This document shows positions 37,493 through 50,543 of a DNA stretch of 64,000 nucleotides, piece after piece. The position numbers and the translations under genes are program-made. The notes under the pieces were generated by a model. It did not search any database and was not told where the DNA came from. It worked only from the letters and a program-made list of their open reading frames with translations. Source of the DNA: Octopus bimaculoides (Eukaryota); the NCBI RefSeq assembly GCF_001194135.2, contig NC_069003.1, positions 17,808,833 to 17,872,832 on the forward strand, written 5' to 3'. The first letter of the stretch is position 1. Each line of letters opens with the position of its first letter.

Positions 37493-37676
37493 GTGTATCT
37501 GTAAGTATGTGAACATGTATCTTTGTGTGTTTTCGTATGAGTTTGTATGTGTGTGTGTGTTTATGATTATGTTCAAGTCTGTATGTGGATGTTTATATGC
37601 ATAAATATTCTGTTCACTTTTGTGTGCACATATAGTAACTATGTATGTGTGTGTGTGTGTGTGTATAATATATATA

Positions 37677-38034
37677 GGTGCAGGCATGACTCTGTGGTAA
37701 GAAGCTTGCTTCCCAACCACATGGTTCCAGGTTCAGTCCCACTGCATGGCACCTTGGGCTGACCAAAGCCCTGTGAGTGGATTTGGTAGATGGAAACTGA
37801 AAGAAGCCCATTGTATATATATATATGTGTGTGTCTTTGTATCTGTGTCTGTCCCGCCACCACCACTTGTAACTGATGTTGGTGTGTTTACGTCCCTGTA
37901 ACTTGGCAGTTCAGCAAAAGAGACTGATAGAATAAGTACCAGGCTTGCAAAGAATAAGTTATGGGGACTATTTCTTCAACTAAAAGACAGTGCTCCAGCA
38001 TGGCTGCAGTCAAACAACTGAAAAAAATAAAAGA
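37677..38034 (+). mobile_element. tRNA-derived SINE, family 1
   Basis: GGTGCAGGCATGACTCTGTGG head, GGTTCAGTCCC B box, AAAAGAAT tail. Confidence 0.85.
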
Positions 38035-38351
38035 ATATATATATGTGTATTAGCACCAAGAAGTGTTTAGGCATTAGCAAAATTTAGGTTAGTTAAAATA
38101 TGTTCATGACATATTTCAACTGCTAAAATGCAAATTCACTGTAGTTACCATGGAGAAAATATCTCTCTTATGGTAAAACAGTGTGAAAACACCAGATTTG
38201 TTTGGTGTCACCATCTATCAGGAATCCCAGAGTCAACTCTGAACAAACTTTCCTCTACTAATTTCACTCACTTGTTGATCTGCCCAAACAGTGGGATAGA
38301 ACCTGAAACCACATGGTTGTGTCTTTAAAAGTCTCTATGAGTGCCATACAA

Positions 38352-38570
38352 TTTACTCTTTTACTTGTTTCAGTCATTTGACTGCGGCCATGCTGGAGCA
38401 CCGCCTTTATAGTCGAGCAAATCAACCCCAGAGCTTATTCTTTGTAAGTCTAGTACTTATTCTATCGGTGTCTTTTGCTGAACCGCTAAGTTACGGGGGA
38501 CGCAAATACACCAGCATCGGTTGTCAAGTGATGCTNNNNNNNNNNNNNNNNNNNNNNNNNNNNNNNNNNN

Positions 38571-38619
<49 letters not shown>

Positions 38620-38762
38620 GACGGGCTTCTTCCAGTTTCCATCTACCAAATCCACTCACAAGGCTTTGGTCGGCCCAAGGCTATAGTAGAAGACATTTGC
38701 CCAAGGTGCCACACAGTGGGACTGAACCCGGAACTATGTTGTTGGTAAGCAAGCTACTTATC
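38352..38762 (-). mobile_element. tRNA-derived SINE, family 1
   Basis: Close match to 630-1051; small N gap inside. Confidence 0.85.
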
Positions 38763-39866
38763 ACACATAAAAGTCACTATTTCTTTCAGATTCTCTCAAT
38801 AAAGATTAGCAGGGGAAGGTTTAATGGTGGCAGGGGTGCACAGATTTCTTGTTTTTTATTATTTATCGTTTGTGTTAGGTGATGGGGTTTGTGGCAAGAG
38901 TCATTTGAACATCAGATAAAAATACTGCTTTGCCATTTGTCAGACAGTAGCAGAAGTTAAATATTTTGGATATTTCTGCAGCCTAATAGAGGATCAAGAC
39001 TATTTAACTACATTGATGTTACTGACCAAGATGCACACAACCTGAAACTGAAGATCTAAAAACAAAGTTAATGGGGTAGGAGCAGAGATTTCAAGCATGG
39101 TGTGGTGAAACATCTCAGTTGCAGCCATTGAAGAATTATATAAATGTGTGTGTGGTTAACAAGTTTGCTTCCCTATTACATAGTTTTGGGTATATTTCCA
39201 CTGCATGGTACTTTGAGCAGTTGTCTTCTACAATAGTTCCAAGTTGGTCAAATCCATGAGTGGATTTAGTTGATGGAAATTGAGCGGAAGTTCATCGTGT
39301 GTGTATGTTTGTGTGTGTGTGTGTTTGTATGCACACTTGTTTAGATATCACATGAATAGTTCTAAACAAACATCACCATCATACATGTGATATTGTTTGT
39401 TTCCACTCTTCCATGAAAAATATGTCAGAGCATTGATATTATTATTTTGCTTGGAAACAGGTGAAGGTAGCCAGCCATAGAAAGTCAGCCTCAACAAATT
39501 GCATCTGACACATGCAAACATGGAAAAGTGAATGTTAAACGATGATGATGGTTATATATCATCATTATTTAACATCCATTTTCCATGCTGGCATGAATTG
39601 GACAGCTTGACAGGAACTGGCATGGTCAGGGACTGTACCAGGTTCCATAGTGTGTTTTGGTTTGGTTTCTGCAGTTGGATGCCTCCCTAACACCAATCAT
39701 TTTACAGAGTGTACTTGGTGCTTTTTACATAGCATCAACACCAGTGCTTCTTACATGGTACCAGCACCAATGCTTTTTACATGGCACCATACCATAGTCC
39801 ATGTTTTTAACATGTAATTGATATACTTCCCCCTAAAATTGCTGGTCCTGTGCCAAAATTTGAAAC

Positions 39867-39897
<31 letters not shown>

Positions 39898-39903
<6 letters not shown>

Positions 39904-40435
39904 TGTGGGTCAGTCTTTGCTGGCTATTGCTATCATGCTAAACAACAGGCTGTATCAGATGTTATATTTTAGATACGTCCACTCCCTAATAGAGGATGAA
40001 AACCACTCAACTACATTGAAGTTGTTGACAGAGAGACGCATCATAGCAATTGAGGATATACCAAAGCTAATGATGATGGTGGTGGCGGGGGGGGGGGACA
40101 CAGGGATTCCTGGTGCAGCATTGAGGAACACATCTTAAGTGCAGCTACTGGATGAAGAAGATGATGTTGACATTGAGGCTGGTCATTTTACAGGACAGTT
40201 ATTGGCATGGTTTACATTAAATCTAGCTCATTGTGTTCTATCAAGTATTGCCTACATCTTATTCACCTAACTACGCTCTACCATCGCTCCTCTATCTGTG
40301 GCACTACTTGGTAGCTGTACTCGCTTGGGAGAGAAACTGCACATATTACTCCTTTGCACTACCAGTTACCTTCTCCTTCCCTCTAGAACCTCCTTTCCCT
40401 TATTTTCTCCACATAGTTCTCACCAAACACTTTCT
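39898..40435 (-). mobile_element. Unclassified (AAT)n-tailed interspersed repeat
   Basis: Second copy at 43952-44420; both adjoin an (ATT)n tract. Confidence 0.65.
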
Positions 40436-40867
40436 TTCTCTGGATGTTAAATGATGATGATGAAACTTCATTTCTGTTATAACTTTACACCTCAACAGAT
40501 TTAGATACAGCAAAGTTTCTGAAAGAAATGGTACAATATTCCATATCTGTGTGGAATAAAGAACTTGCTACTTGAGTCATAGAAAAACACTGCAGACCAA
40601 CCACCGACTAAGAGTACGTCCACAAAGAACAAAGACAGCTTTTAGTTTAGAGAAGCAAACTCTTTAGTGCCAGTAACATTTTAAAACACACCCTGCCTTA
40701 TTCATTGTTTTTAAAAGCAGTCTACTTAAGTGCTCAGTTCATACATTTTTATATCTGTTTTAGGAATTCTTCCTGTGTGCCCTTCCTCTCTTACTAACAA
40801 CAAACTAAATTATTGCTTACCTATAATACAACTATTGTATATACAATGAGTATACATACACACACAT

Positions 40868-40910
<43 letters not shown>

Positions 40911-41034
40911 CAGCAATTATAACATGCATATATAACATTCACACATGTGGTGATAGTAGTAGTAGTATGACAGACAGACAGACACACATACATGCAGGAA
41001 GTAGTAGTATGACAAACAGATACACATACACACA

Positions 41035-41435
41035 GGAGTGGTTAAGAAGTCCATTTCCCAACCACATTCTTTTGGGTTCAATCCCAATATATGGCACCAT
41101 GGGCAAGTATCTTCTCCTGTAGCTCCAGACCAGCCCCCAAAGTTATGTGGGTGGATTTTGTAGAAGGCAAACTGGAAGAAGACCGTCGTGTGTGTGTGTG
41201 TTTCTGTCTTGACATTGCATGACGATTATAAACAAGTGACACTACTGGTCAAGTGGTGTCATTTGTTTCTAGTCTTCCATGAAAACCATATCTGGCCATA
41301 GAGAAATATTTTCTTGCTTGGAAACATGTACGGCTTGGCAACATGAAAGCATCTGGCTGTGGAAAATCTGCCTCGATAAATTCCATCTGACCCATACAAG
41401 CATTGAAAAGTAGATATTAAAACAATGATGACAAT
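41035..41435 (+). mobile_element. tRNA-derived SINE, family 2 (family 1 head, RTE-like (GAT)n tail)
   Basis: Same head as family 1 but a different 3' half ending GCATTGAAAAGTAGATATTAAAACAATGATGA; related copies at about 39152-39552 and 44862-45255. Confidence 0.7.
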
Positions 41436-41486
41436 GATACTTAAGGAGATATCTGCTTTAAAAAAAATGTGAGAATTATAGTTTAA

Positions 41487-41707
41487 CCCTTTAGCATTTA
41501 AACCAGTCATATCCAGCCCAAATATTCTACCTGTTTTATGTTCAAACGTGCCAGGTCCAGCTTCTTATGCCTACCCTACAGTGCCATTCTAAAAAATAAG
41601 CAATCACATCATTGAGGTTTTGATGCTGCTTGATTAATGCTTGATTAATTCAATACAATGTGAAAAAGTAAGCATTACACTTGACAGAGTAATTTGAATG
41701 CTAAGGG
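41487..41707. mobile_element. piggyBac-type MITE family A
   Basis: TTAA|CCCTTTAGCATT...AATGCTAAGGG|TTAA. Confidence 0.85.
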
Positions 41708-42419
41708 TTAAGGCAAAGTATTCAGTAAAATGAGTATGTGTGTGTAATCATCATTTAATCTCTCTTTTCCATATTGCCATGGTTTGGACAGTTTGACAAA
41801 GATCTGACAAGCTGCAAGATTGCGTCAAGCTCCAATATCAGCTTTGGCTGAATGCTCTTCTCAATGCCAAGTGTATACTGTGTGATTTTTGTTTTCATGC
41901 CACTGGTACTAGTAAGATCTCTAAGCAATTTGCAAGACAAAAATAGAAAAGAAAAAGCTGTCTCAACTATGTGGGAATGCATTTGAGCATGGGGGAGGTG
42001 GCTCTATGCTAGGTGTTGAATGACTGAAGTATGATAGAGGTACAAGCACAGGTGTCTTTTTATTGAAGAGATAAATATGTGAAGTGCTAGAGCACACCCT
42101 CAAAGTACAAGAATGTGAATATAAGAGAAATATGAACAATAGATCAAGAGAAGAGGAGAGAGTAGGTTATTTCATAAGAGTGAGAGGGGAGATGAGATAT
42201 GTATTTATGTTTGTTTGTTTAGATGATAGCATTATTTGAAAAATCGTCATTATTTTAACATCCACTTTTCCATGCTTGCATGAGTTGGACAAAGTTCATT
42301 CAGGTTGATTTTTTATAGATGGATGCCATTCCTGTTACCAACCTTCACCTGTTTCCCAGCAAAGAATTGCATTTTGCAGAATATCAGAAATACTTGTATG
42401 GCAGTATCAATCATTTATA

Positions 42420-42785
42420 ACTATTGTGCGATGCCAAGCTGTATAGGACTGAAGTGAGTGAATGTCATGAGAAATACTATTATCTATACACCTCCATCTT
42501 TCTGTCTGATGCACTCTATGCCAGTGAGTCTGTGAAGAGCACAGTAAGGATGGATAGAAAAATGTATTCCATCAAAGGTGCCTCAGAAAGATCCTGGGAT
42601 CAAGTCACAAATGAACAGTTTCTGGAAAGAGCAATGTTCATGACTACTGCAAGAGATTGCAGCAGAATGCCAATTCTGGTTGGCTGGCCATATTCTCGGT
42701 CTTGTCAATCAACAACACTTGAAAACAGCCAGGGTTTGGGACTACCTGTCAGCAGACATAAAAAGGACAGACTGAAGATGACTTA
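42420..42785 (+). mobile_element. RTE LINE fragment, degenerate
   Basis: ALYASES...WDQVTNEQFLERA. Confidence 0.6.
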
Positions 42786-42789
42786 ACAG

Positions 42790-43955
42790 CTGGCATTTCA
42801 GACACACACTCAGGTTGCACCAGCTGCAATGATTTCTAGAAGGTGAACATGTGTGGGTTCTATTTGTGAGACATGCCTTTCCACAGCTAGTCTCCTTGAT
42901 GGAGCTGCAGTCCTGGGTAAAAGATAGGGCAAGACTGGGCATGTGGCACTTAAAATGTTGTCAGGCACTCACTGTCCTCTACAAGTCAGGCAATAGGATC
43001 AGTGGATGTTCCACTTTAGCTATATACAGAGGATTAGTTGCAGGGAAGTGCGACGATGTCCCCGTGGAGACCCTAGGTGTTGACAAAGACGAACTGGCAT
43101 GTCTATTCCGGAGGACTTTTGGTCAGGGACAGTTATGGATAAATTCCAGGTGTCATTGGCCTGGCAGTGTCATGGAGCGGTGGGGGCGCTACTGGTTTGA
43201 GATAAAATCTCCAGGCATGGATGTGCTGTCAGACAGGCTTCTCTGAGGTGCTTACAGAGCAACAAAAGTGTTTTGCATGCACTTGTTCAGTGTCTGGGCT
43301 GACTTGTGGAGTTATGTTGAACAGCTGCTGTCACGTGTGGAATGGATCCATCTGTCAGTCGAGTCCATAACGATGATTGCCTCGCTGCTCTTCTTTAAGC
43401 GGGCTGGCAAGGCAGTTTTCCTTTGGTGGCTGTTGCGAAAGAGGTTGTCTGGTGGACAAAGCTGAAAGGAATGAAGACAGAAACATTCTTTGGTAAAGCC
43501 CTCATCAAATATTTTTCAAGTTACACTTGAAAAGGAAAGTGAGGGTGGAGAGGGGTGTGCTGTCCTTGAGTGAATTTATGAATAGGTGAGTGAAAGTTGT
43601 GAAAATGGCAAGAGTGGATGGTAGCACTTTCAGTGTAGACCTGTGAGTTGGAAGAAAGGAATATGGAGAGGGTACTCATCCTTGGTATGATCAGGATAAT
43701 CTTGGATGGTGGGGGTTCCTTGATTAACCCTAGAGGTCCTCCTGTTTCAGGAGGACCCCATCACTAATATTTTTTTTTTCTGTTTCTTCTATTGCCGTAT
43801 ATTATGTATACTTGCCTTCTTTTAATGTATACCATGTATGCTTTTTTTTTTCCATTTTATGTAAACCCCCACACTTTATGTCTGTCCTTCTATTGTCCCC
43901 TGCATCCTTCACCCTGGTGGAAAATAAAAGAAATCATTGTCATTATTATTCTTAT
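42790..43955 (+). mobile_element. Tx1-clade LINE 3' fragment with 3' UTR and (ATT)n tail
   Basis: FVRHAFPQLVSLMELQSWVK is shared with 62561-62630; tail CACCCTGGTGGAAAATAAAAGAAATCATT. Confidence 0.85.
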
Positions 43956-44420
43956 TCAGTGCAGGTTAGTCTTTGCTGACCATTGCTATCATGCTAAGCA
44001 GCAGGTCATATTGGATGTTATATTTTAGATACTTCCACTCCCTAATAGAGTTCCACTCAACTACGTTGATCTTGACAGAGAGACACAACATAACAATTGA
44101 GGATCTACCAAAGCTAATGACAGTGGTGGTGATGGGGCAACACATACAAGGAATCCTGATGCAGCATTGTGAAACACATCTGAAGTGCAGCTGCTGGAAG
44201 ATGAAGACATTGGGGTTGGTCATTTTGCAGGACAGTTATTGACATGACTTACATTAAATCTAGCTCATTGTGTTCCATCAAGCATTGCCTACATCTTATT
44301 CACCTTACTACCTCTTCCCATTGCTCCTCTATCTGTGCCATTGCTTGGCAGAGAAATGACACATTACTGCCCCTCAACACCTCCTTTGCACTGCCAGTTA
44401 CTTCCGCCCTCCCTCTGGAA
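43952..44420 (-). mobile_element. Unclassified (AAT)n-tailed interspersed repeat
   Basis: Copy of 39898-40435. Confidence 0.65.
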
Positions 44421-44616
44421 TCTCTGCTTATAATATGGAAGGGGACGGGTTCAGTAGTCATAGGTCAGCACCTTATGATTTTCTGTGGTTGGATGCCCTT
44501 CCTGTTTCCAAGGTGATAATTCCTCATATCCTAGACATGGTTATACATTATGATTTTTAATTTTGTTTTATTTTGGTATTGTTTTTTACTGAATATTTTT
44601 TAAATCTAAATTCCAG

Positions 44617-44686
44617 GCACATGTTTCTTTGTAAGATATTCCAAGCATGGAGATCTGTGGTCCAGGAAGTACGGTTGAATGTCAAG
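44617..44686 (+). CDS. USP44/USP49: USP44/49-like exon (HMFLCKIFQAWRSVVQEVRLNVK)
   Basis: Acceptor ttccAG, donor AAG|gtatag; phase 2-0 joins 46241; resembles the ILMGKIFRTW segment I recall from vertebrate USP44. Confidence 0.6.
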
Positions 44687-45734
44687 GTATAGTATTCTAT
44701 ATTTTTTGTCTTTTTTTCATTTACTTTTGTTTATTTTTTCACTGATTTCAGTCAATTTTGAACTGTGGTCATACTGGGGCACTGCTTCAGTAATTGAACT
44801 TAGAGAGCATTTCCTTCCTAACACAACTATACATGCCAATCCTAGTTACTAGTTTGTGTTTATGCATGGCTGTGTGGTTAAGAAGTTTACTTTCCAGCCA
44901 CATGGTTTCTGGTTCATTTCCACTGTATGGCATCTTGGACAAGAGTGTTCTACTAATAACCTCTTTGGTAATTGGAAGCTACCAAATTGTGTGTGTGTGC
45001 TCACATGCGTGCATACATCTGGATGTGTGTATGTGTATATGCATGTGTTTGTGTCTTGGCATCATGTAAACAGTTGTGAATGTGTGACACCGTCAAACCA
45101 ACAATTTTCAATCTTCTATGTAAACATGTTTGGGATATGAGGAATTATCACCTTACTTGGAAACAAGAAGGGCATCCAGCCATAGAAAATCAGCCTTGCT
45201 AAATTCAGTCTGATCCATGCAAGCATGGAAAACTGGATGTTAAATAATGATGGTATATTGTTTGATTCCATATGATTTTAAGGGTTTGTTGAATCATTGA
45301 TGACATCAAAATGATGTTTAACTCTTTTACTGCAGAAATCAGATATATTCACTCAAAATTTCCTTACCCTTCATTGTATATAGGAAGCGCTAGAGATTAG
45401 TATTAATGCTTTTACTGCAGAAATCAGATAGATCCATTAAAGATTTCATTACCCTTAACTGCAGAAAGCAGTTTTGTACACTTATCTGTAATGTCATGTT
45501 TGAAACTATTTTCTGTTGAGATATGTCAAGTTTATTGAGGCAATGTCACTTGCAGAAAGTATCAATTCTGTTTTTGATAGATATTTAACCATGACTGGAA
45601 TAATCATGAAATTTAAATTCACAGTGAAAGAGTTAATTTGTGTGATGTAGAAATTTTTATGAACTTTGTTTTATGTTGGCCCTGTTTTGATCTTGGCATG
45701 AGTTAGAGATGTTTGTTCATTGTAAATCAATAGT

Positions 45735-46204
45735 AAGTGTGACACCACTGTAGATCACCAGCTTAGATAACATAACTGTGAACCACTGGCTTGGGTGATA
45801 CAGCTGTGGATCCCCAGCTTAGGTGGCACAACTGTGGGTCACCTGCGAGTGATACAGCTGTTGATTGCAGCTAGTGTGGCACAACTGTGGATGCCTAGCT
45901 TAGATGGCACAACAGTGGATCACCAGCTTATGTAGAAAATTTGGGTATCACCAGCTTATGTGGCACAGCTGTGGATCATTAGCTTATGTGGCACAACTGT
46001 GGATCACCAGCTTATGTGGCACAGCTGTGGATCACCAGCTTATGTGGCACAGCTGTGGATCACCAGCTTATGTGGCACAGCTGTGGATCATTAGCTTATG
46101 TGGCACAGCTGTGGATCACCAGCTTAAGTGGAACTGATGTGAACAACCAACTTATATGGCACATTTGTGGCCCAGCAGCTTAGGTGGTACAACTGTGGAT
46201 CACA
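45735..46204. repeat. 28-bp minisatellite (TGTGGCACAGCTGTGGATCACCAGCTTA), about 17 units
   Basis: Directly visible; central units nearly identical, edge units degenerate. Confidence 0.92.
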
Positions 46205-46240
46205 TTTTCATTGATATCTAAATCTTTTTCTGTATTTCAG

Positions 46241-46374
46241 GATGAAGTAGACAATGTAGAAATATTGGTAAATAAATCCAAGTTTTCTACAGAGAAGGCA
46301 CTGATCCCTGGAGTAGTTGGTCTGAGGAACCTTGGAAATACGTGTTACATGAATTCTATTCTTCAGGTTTTGGG
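46241..46374 (+). CDS. USP44/USP49: USP44/49-like exon with catalytic Cys box
   Basis: [22 protein letters not shown]; acceptor tgtatttcAG, donor GG|gtaagt. Confidence 0.93.
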
Positions 46375-47028
46375 GTAAGTTACACCATTTTCTGTTAATA
46401 TACAAATGATATTGAACCCTTGATGCTTGTGATGATAGTGATGTTCCCGTCCCTAAATGTTGATTTTTCAATAATCTAAGAAGACATTGCCACAGCCAAA
46501 CCAATGACATTGTGTTTATGTTCCATCCAACTTTTTAGGGAAAAAAAACAAAACAGTTAGATATTGTGTGGCTCGATCAGCCTATGTTTTGTAATTCACT
46601 CAAGACTGCTCATGGTTCTCTGATCAAATTTCGTGTTTTAAAGTGATCAAGTTAATTTATGTTTTAAATACTAGCTTTGATAATGACAAAATTTTTATAC
46701 TAAGTTCTTCATCACATTGAAAATTAATTGAAACAAAAGCAGTGTAATTCAACAGAAATATAGTATTACTGTTAGTGCACTTCAAAAGAAATAGGGTTAA
46801 ATATTGTGTTCTGTAACTCACCTGAGATCATCTTGGTTCTATGATATGAACTTTCTGATTTAAAGTATCTAATTTAAAACCTTCCATCAAAATTTTGTGT
46901 TAATGTATGTTCTAAATATCAGCTTAATAATAACAACAAAGTTATTTTACTAAATTCTTCATAATTTTAAATTTTAATTGAAACAAAGGCAGTATATTGC
47001 ACCAGAAATATAGTAATGAAAGCATTAA

Positions 47029-47248
47029 CCCTTTAGCATTTAAACCAGCCATATCCGGCCAATATTTTCTACTTGTTTTATGTTCAAACTGGCCAGATCA
47101 GGCATCTCACACCTACCCTACAATGTCATTCTAAAAATAAACTATTACATTATCAAAATTTTGAAGTTTCAGGATAATTCATGATTAATTCAAAATATTG
47201 GGAATAAATAAGCATTATATTTGACAGAGTAATCTGAATGCTAAAGGG
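47029..47248. mobile_element. piggyBac-type MITE family A
   Basis: TTAA|CCCTTTAGCATT...AATGCTAAAGGG|TTAA. Confidence 0.85.
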
Positions 47249-47989
47249 TTAAATCTCCTTCAAATCATCTTATCATTTCTATCTAACGCATGCAAGCATG
47301 GAAAAGTGGGTGTTAAAATGATGTATATGATAACAAAGACTTGGGTACCTTCTTTAATCTTTTTCTCCCACATATCTGCTGAAATACACTGCTTCTATTT
47401 CAATGCATTTTGGAAATAAGTGAAAGTTCAGTAAAATACCCTTGTTATCATCATTAAGCTGGTGTTTAAAACATAAATTAACTTGAAATTTTGATGGGAA
47501 AAGGTTTTAATTAATATCATTTTAAAACAAGTCATTTGTATCTCAAGAACCAAACGACAGTGTCAGGTGAGTTGGTATTTAAAACTGCAACACAGTTGTC
47601 TCCCTGGACAGCAGTATTGAGAAGCATATCAGTTTCAGTTGGTGTCATAAAGGCTTCATGTTTAATCCCTGGTCTAGTTTAGGAATATTAACCTAAAAAT
47701 ATTTCAAGAGCATAGAGTTGGCAAATGTTGTCAACAACTCATCTAGAAACTAAGGTATAGTTCAAATATAACAGACATTATGGTAAATTTCTATTTGGGG
47801 GCAGGGATGGTCAGTTTTTTTCAATATAGGGTACTTGGAACTTCAGGGATGTAATTGAGAAACAAGCAATAAAACTTGCTATAAACTTTAAAAAATTTCT
47901 TGTGTGTATATATATGTGTGTGTGTGTGTGTTTGTATGTGTGTATGTATATATATATATATATTCATATACACACACATCGCCTGACTA

Positions 47990-48305
47990 GTTCCCTGTGC
48001 CGGTGGCACATAAAAAGCACCATCCAAACATGATCGATCCCTAACCCTCCATTAACCCTCCTGTGCCGGTAGCATGTTAAAAGCACCATCCGAATGTGGC
48101 CAGTGCTGCCTGACTGGCTTCCATGCCAGTGGCATGTAAAAAGAACTCACTACACTCTCAGACTGGTTGGCGTTAGGAAGGGCATCCAGCTGTAGAAACA
48201 CTGTCAGATCAGATTGGAGTCTGGTGTGGCCTCCTGGCTTGCCAGTCCCCAGTCTTAACTGTCCAATCCATGCCAGCATACAAAATGGACGTTAAATGAT
48301 GTTGA
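47990..48305 (+). mobile_element. RTE-type 3' UTR repeat
   Basis: Matches 9570-9835; other copies at about 34170-34350, 39560-39800, 41750-41905 and 54430-54640. Confidence 0.75.
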
Positions 48306-48339
48306 TGGTATACATATATATTATTATTAAGATTAATAA

Positions 48340-49378
48340 TGATATGTACAAAAATTTATGTCAACGCAAAATTATCAGGGTAGTCCATATTAGTGAAATT
48401 CTAACTGAACATCTTTAAAAATTTTAGCTGTTAAAAAACACTAACAAAAAGAAACACCAGACCAAATTTAACTTTAGACATTCATTCAACCAAGAGCAAA
48501 GCCATTGAATAACTTAATTTAGTTTATCAAAATAAAATATGAAAAATACCCTACTGATTCCATACTTTTTGACAATTTGAAATCTACATAAAATAAAAAT
48601 ACTAAGTTTATTCAGTTGGATAATTCTAATTATTACTCATCTATCAACCCTATCCTACTGAATAAACCTTTACTTTTTGCTATGATAAATTCGGATTTAT
48701 CTAGAAGTGAGGCTGATATAATTCTAGAGGCTAGAAAAACCATTATTGAATTTGATGGTAAATATTGAACTAGAACTGGTAGACCTGATTTTTTTCCATA
48801 TTACAATGAGATCAAGTGATTTGGTACAAGTTACTGATTTAGCTGGTCTTTATATTCTTTATTGTGTACATAATGAATTTCCTGAATTAGGAGGTGGATT
48901 ATATAGAGACGATGCTCTTTTCACTCTAAAATAAATATGGTTAATTTAAAAAGGTATAGAAAAATTCTTTCAGCATCTTGGTCTTTCTATTACTATAGAA
49001 AATGAATATAATAGGGTTAATTTTCTGGATATTACTCTTGATTTACATAATAAATTATACTGACCTTATCATAAGCCAAATAAATGCTTAAGATATATAA
49101 ATAGCTCTAATCATCCAAGAAGCATAGTAAATTCAATAGTTAAGAATATAACTATTTGTATTTCGAGGCTTTTGGCTAATGAAGATATATTTAAGCAAAA
49201 TCAAATATATTATAACCATGCATTATTGGAAGCTGGATATAAAGATAAGGTTTACTATATCCAGAGTCATCATAATAATAAGATCTAGAAAATGATAGGA
49301 TCGTAGAAAGGTTGAAAAAGTAATAATAATATTTTAAAAAGGATTGACATAACACTTCACAAAGGTAAACATTTAAGG
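48340..49378 (+). mobile_element. Penelope-like (Neptune-type) element, RT portion
   Basis: GGGLYRDD, VNFLDITLDL, YINSSNHP; several stops and frameshifts. Confidence 0.85.
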
Positions 49379-49848
49379 TGAAGAGCGCAATTTGATTGTA
49401 ATAGATATTTTATTGGTTGAACGATATTTCAACAGTAAGTGTCTTTGTCAAGTTCAAAATAAGAAGTGATAAAAATTCAAAATTATAGAAATTTAAATGT
49501 AAAGTATGAATGAGAGTAATCAGCATCCACACATTGATGGAATGACATCATCAGTTTTTAAGTTTCAATTTTATAACAGGCGAAAAGAAAATGACAGAAA
49601 AAAGACAATAAAAAAAGAAGAAAGAAAAAAGAGAAGAAGAATATTTAATCAGACAGTTTTGTATAAATTTGATGATATTCTCCTGTCATTTTATTCATTC
49701 CTCCAGGGCGTGATGTTAGTAACCCACAAATATATTTCTGCTCATGCATTCTGAGAAGTGAAAGCTAAGCAGATTGAGAATATGCACTTTCAAGTCTTCT
49801 TCAAAATTGCAGCCGTTCAGCAAGTTCTGTCGAACTACTGTTATTGTG
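49379..49848 (-). mobile_element. Inverted 3' end of a second PLE family
   Basis: Reverse complement of about 50588-50996. Confidence 0.85.
49410..49462 (-). ncRNA. Minimal hammerhead ribozyme, U3-A8 variant
   Basis: Reverse complement TTGAAC-TTGACAA-AG-ACA(cttac)TGT-T-GAAA-TATC-GTTCAA. Confidence 0.65.
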
Positions 49849-50543
49849 AAGTAAAGATTGTTTGCCAACATAACATGGCAGTCCTGGCTTAGGACGAATG
49901 TTACTGTAATTTAGCCCCAGGAGACATCGTCTCCATCTGGCTATACGACACAATCTGTGTCCTTATATTTTTGAGTTAGAAATAGAGGTCAATAATTCCC
50001 TTATATTCTTATTGTTTCTAAAGGCTACAATAGGCAGTTGAGGAAATATCTGTTTGAAACAAGGATATTTTGTGGCCACATGCTGGTAACTTTCATGCAA
50101 CACTTTTGAAATGCCAGCGAAATTTTGGTGCTAGTTAATCACTAAAGAAACTTTGTCAGCCACTGTATTGTTTGCAAACAATACAATAGCTNNNNNNNNN
50201 NNNNNNNNNNNNNNNNNNNNNNNNNNNNNNNNNNNNNNNNNNNNNNNNNNNNNNNNNNNNNNNNNNNNNNNNNNNNNNNNNNNNNNNNNNNNNNNNNNNN
50301 NNNNNNNNNNNNNNNNNNNNNNNNNNNNNNNNNNNNNNNNNNNNNNNNNNNNNNNNNNNNNNNNNNNNNNNNNNNNNNNNNNNNNNNNNNNNNNNNNNNN
50401 NNNNNNNNNNNNNNNNNNNNNNNNNNNNNNNNNNNNNNNNNNNNNNNNNNNNNNNNNNNNNNNNNNNNNNNNNNNNNNNNNNNNNNNNNNNNNNNNNNNN
50501 NNNNNNNNNNNNNNNNNNNNNNNNNNNNNNNNNNNNNNNNNNN

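Noticed and set aside
40499-40620. Candidate exon after ctcaacAG
   Set aside because: Stops in all three frames unless weak internal sites are invoked; phases do not fit the neighbours
45735-46204. CRISPR-like array
   Set aside because: No unique spacers; contiguous tandem units in eukaryotic DNA
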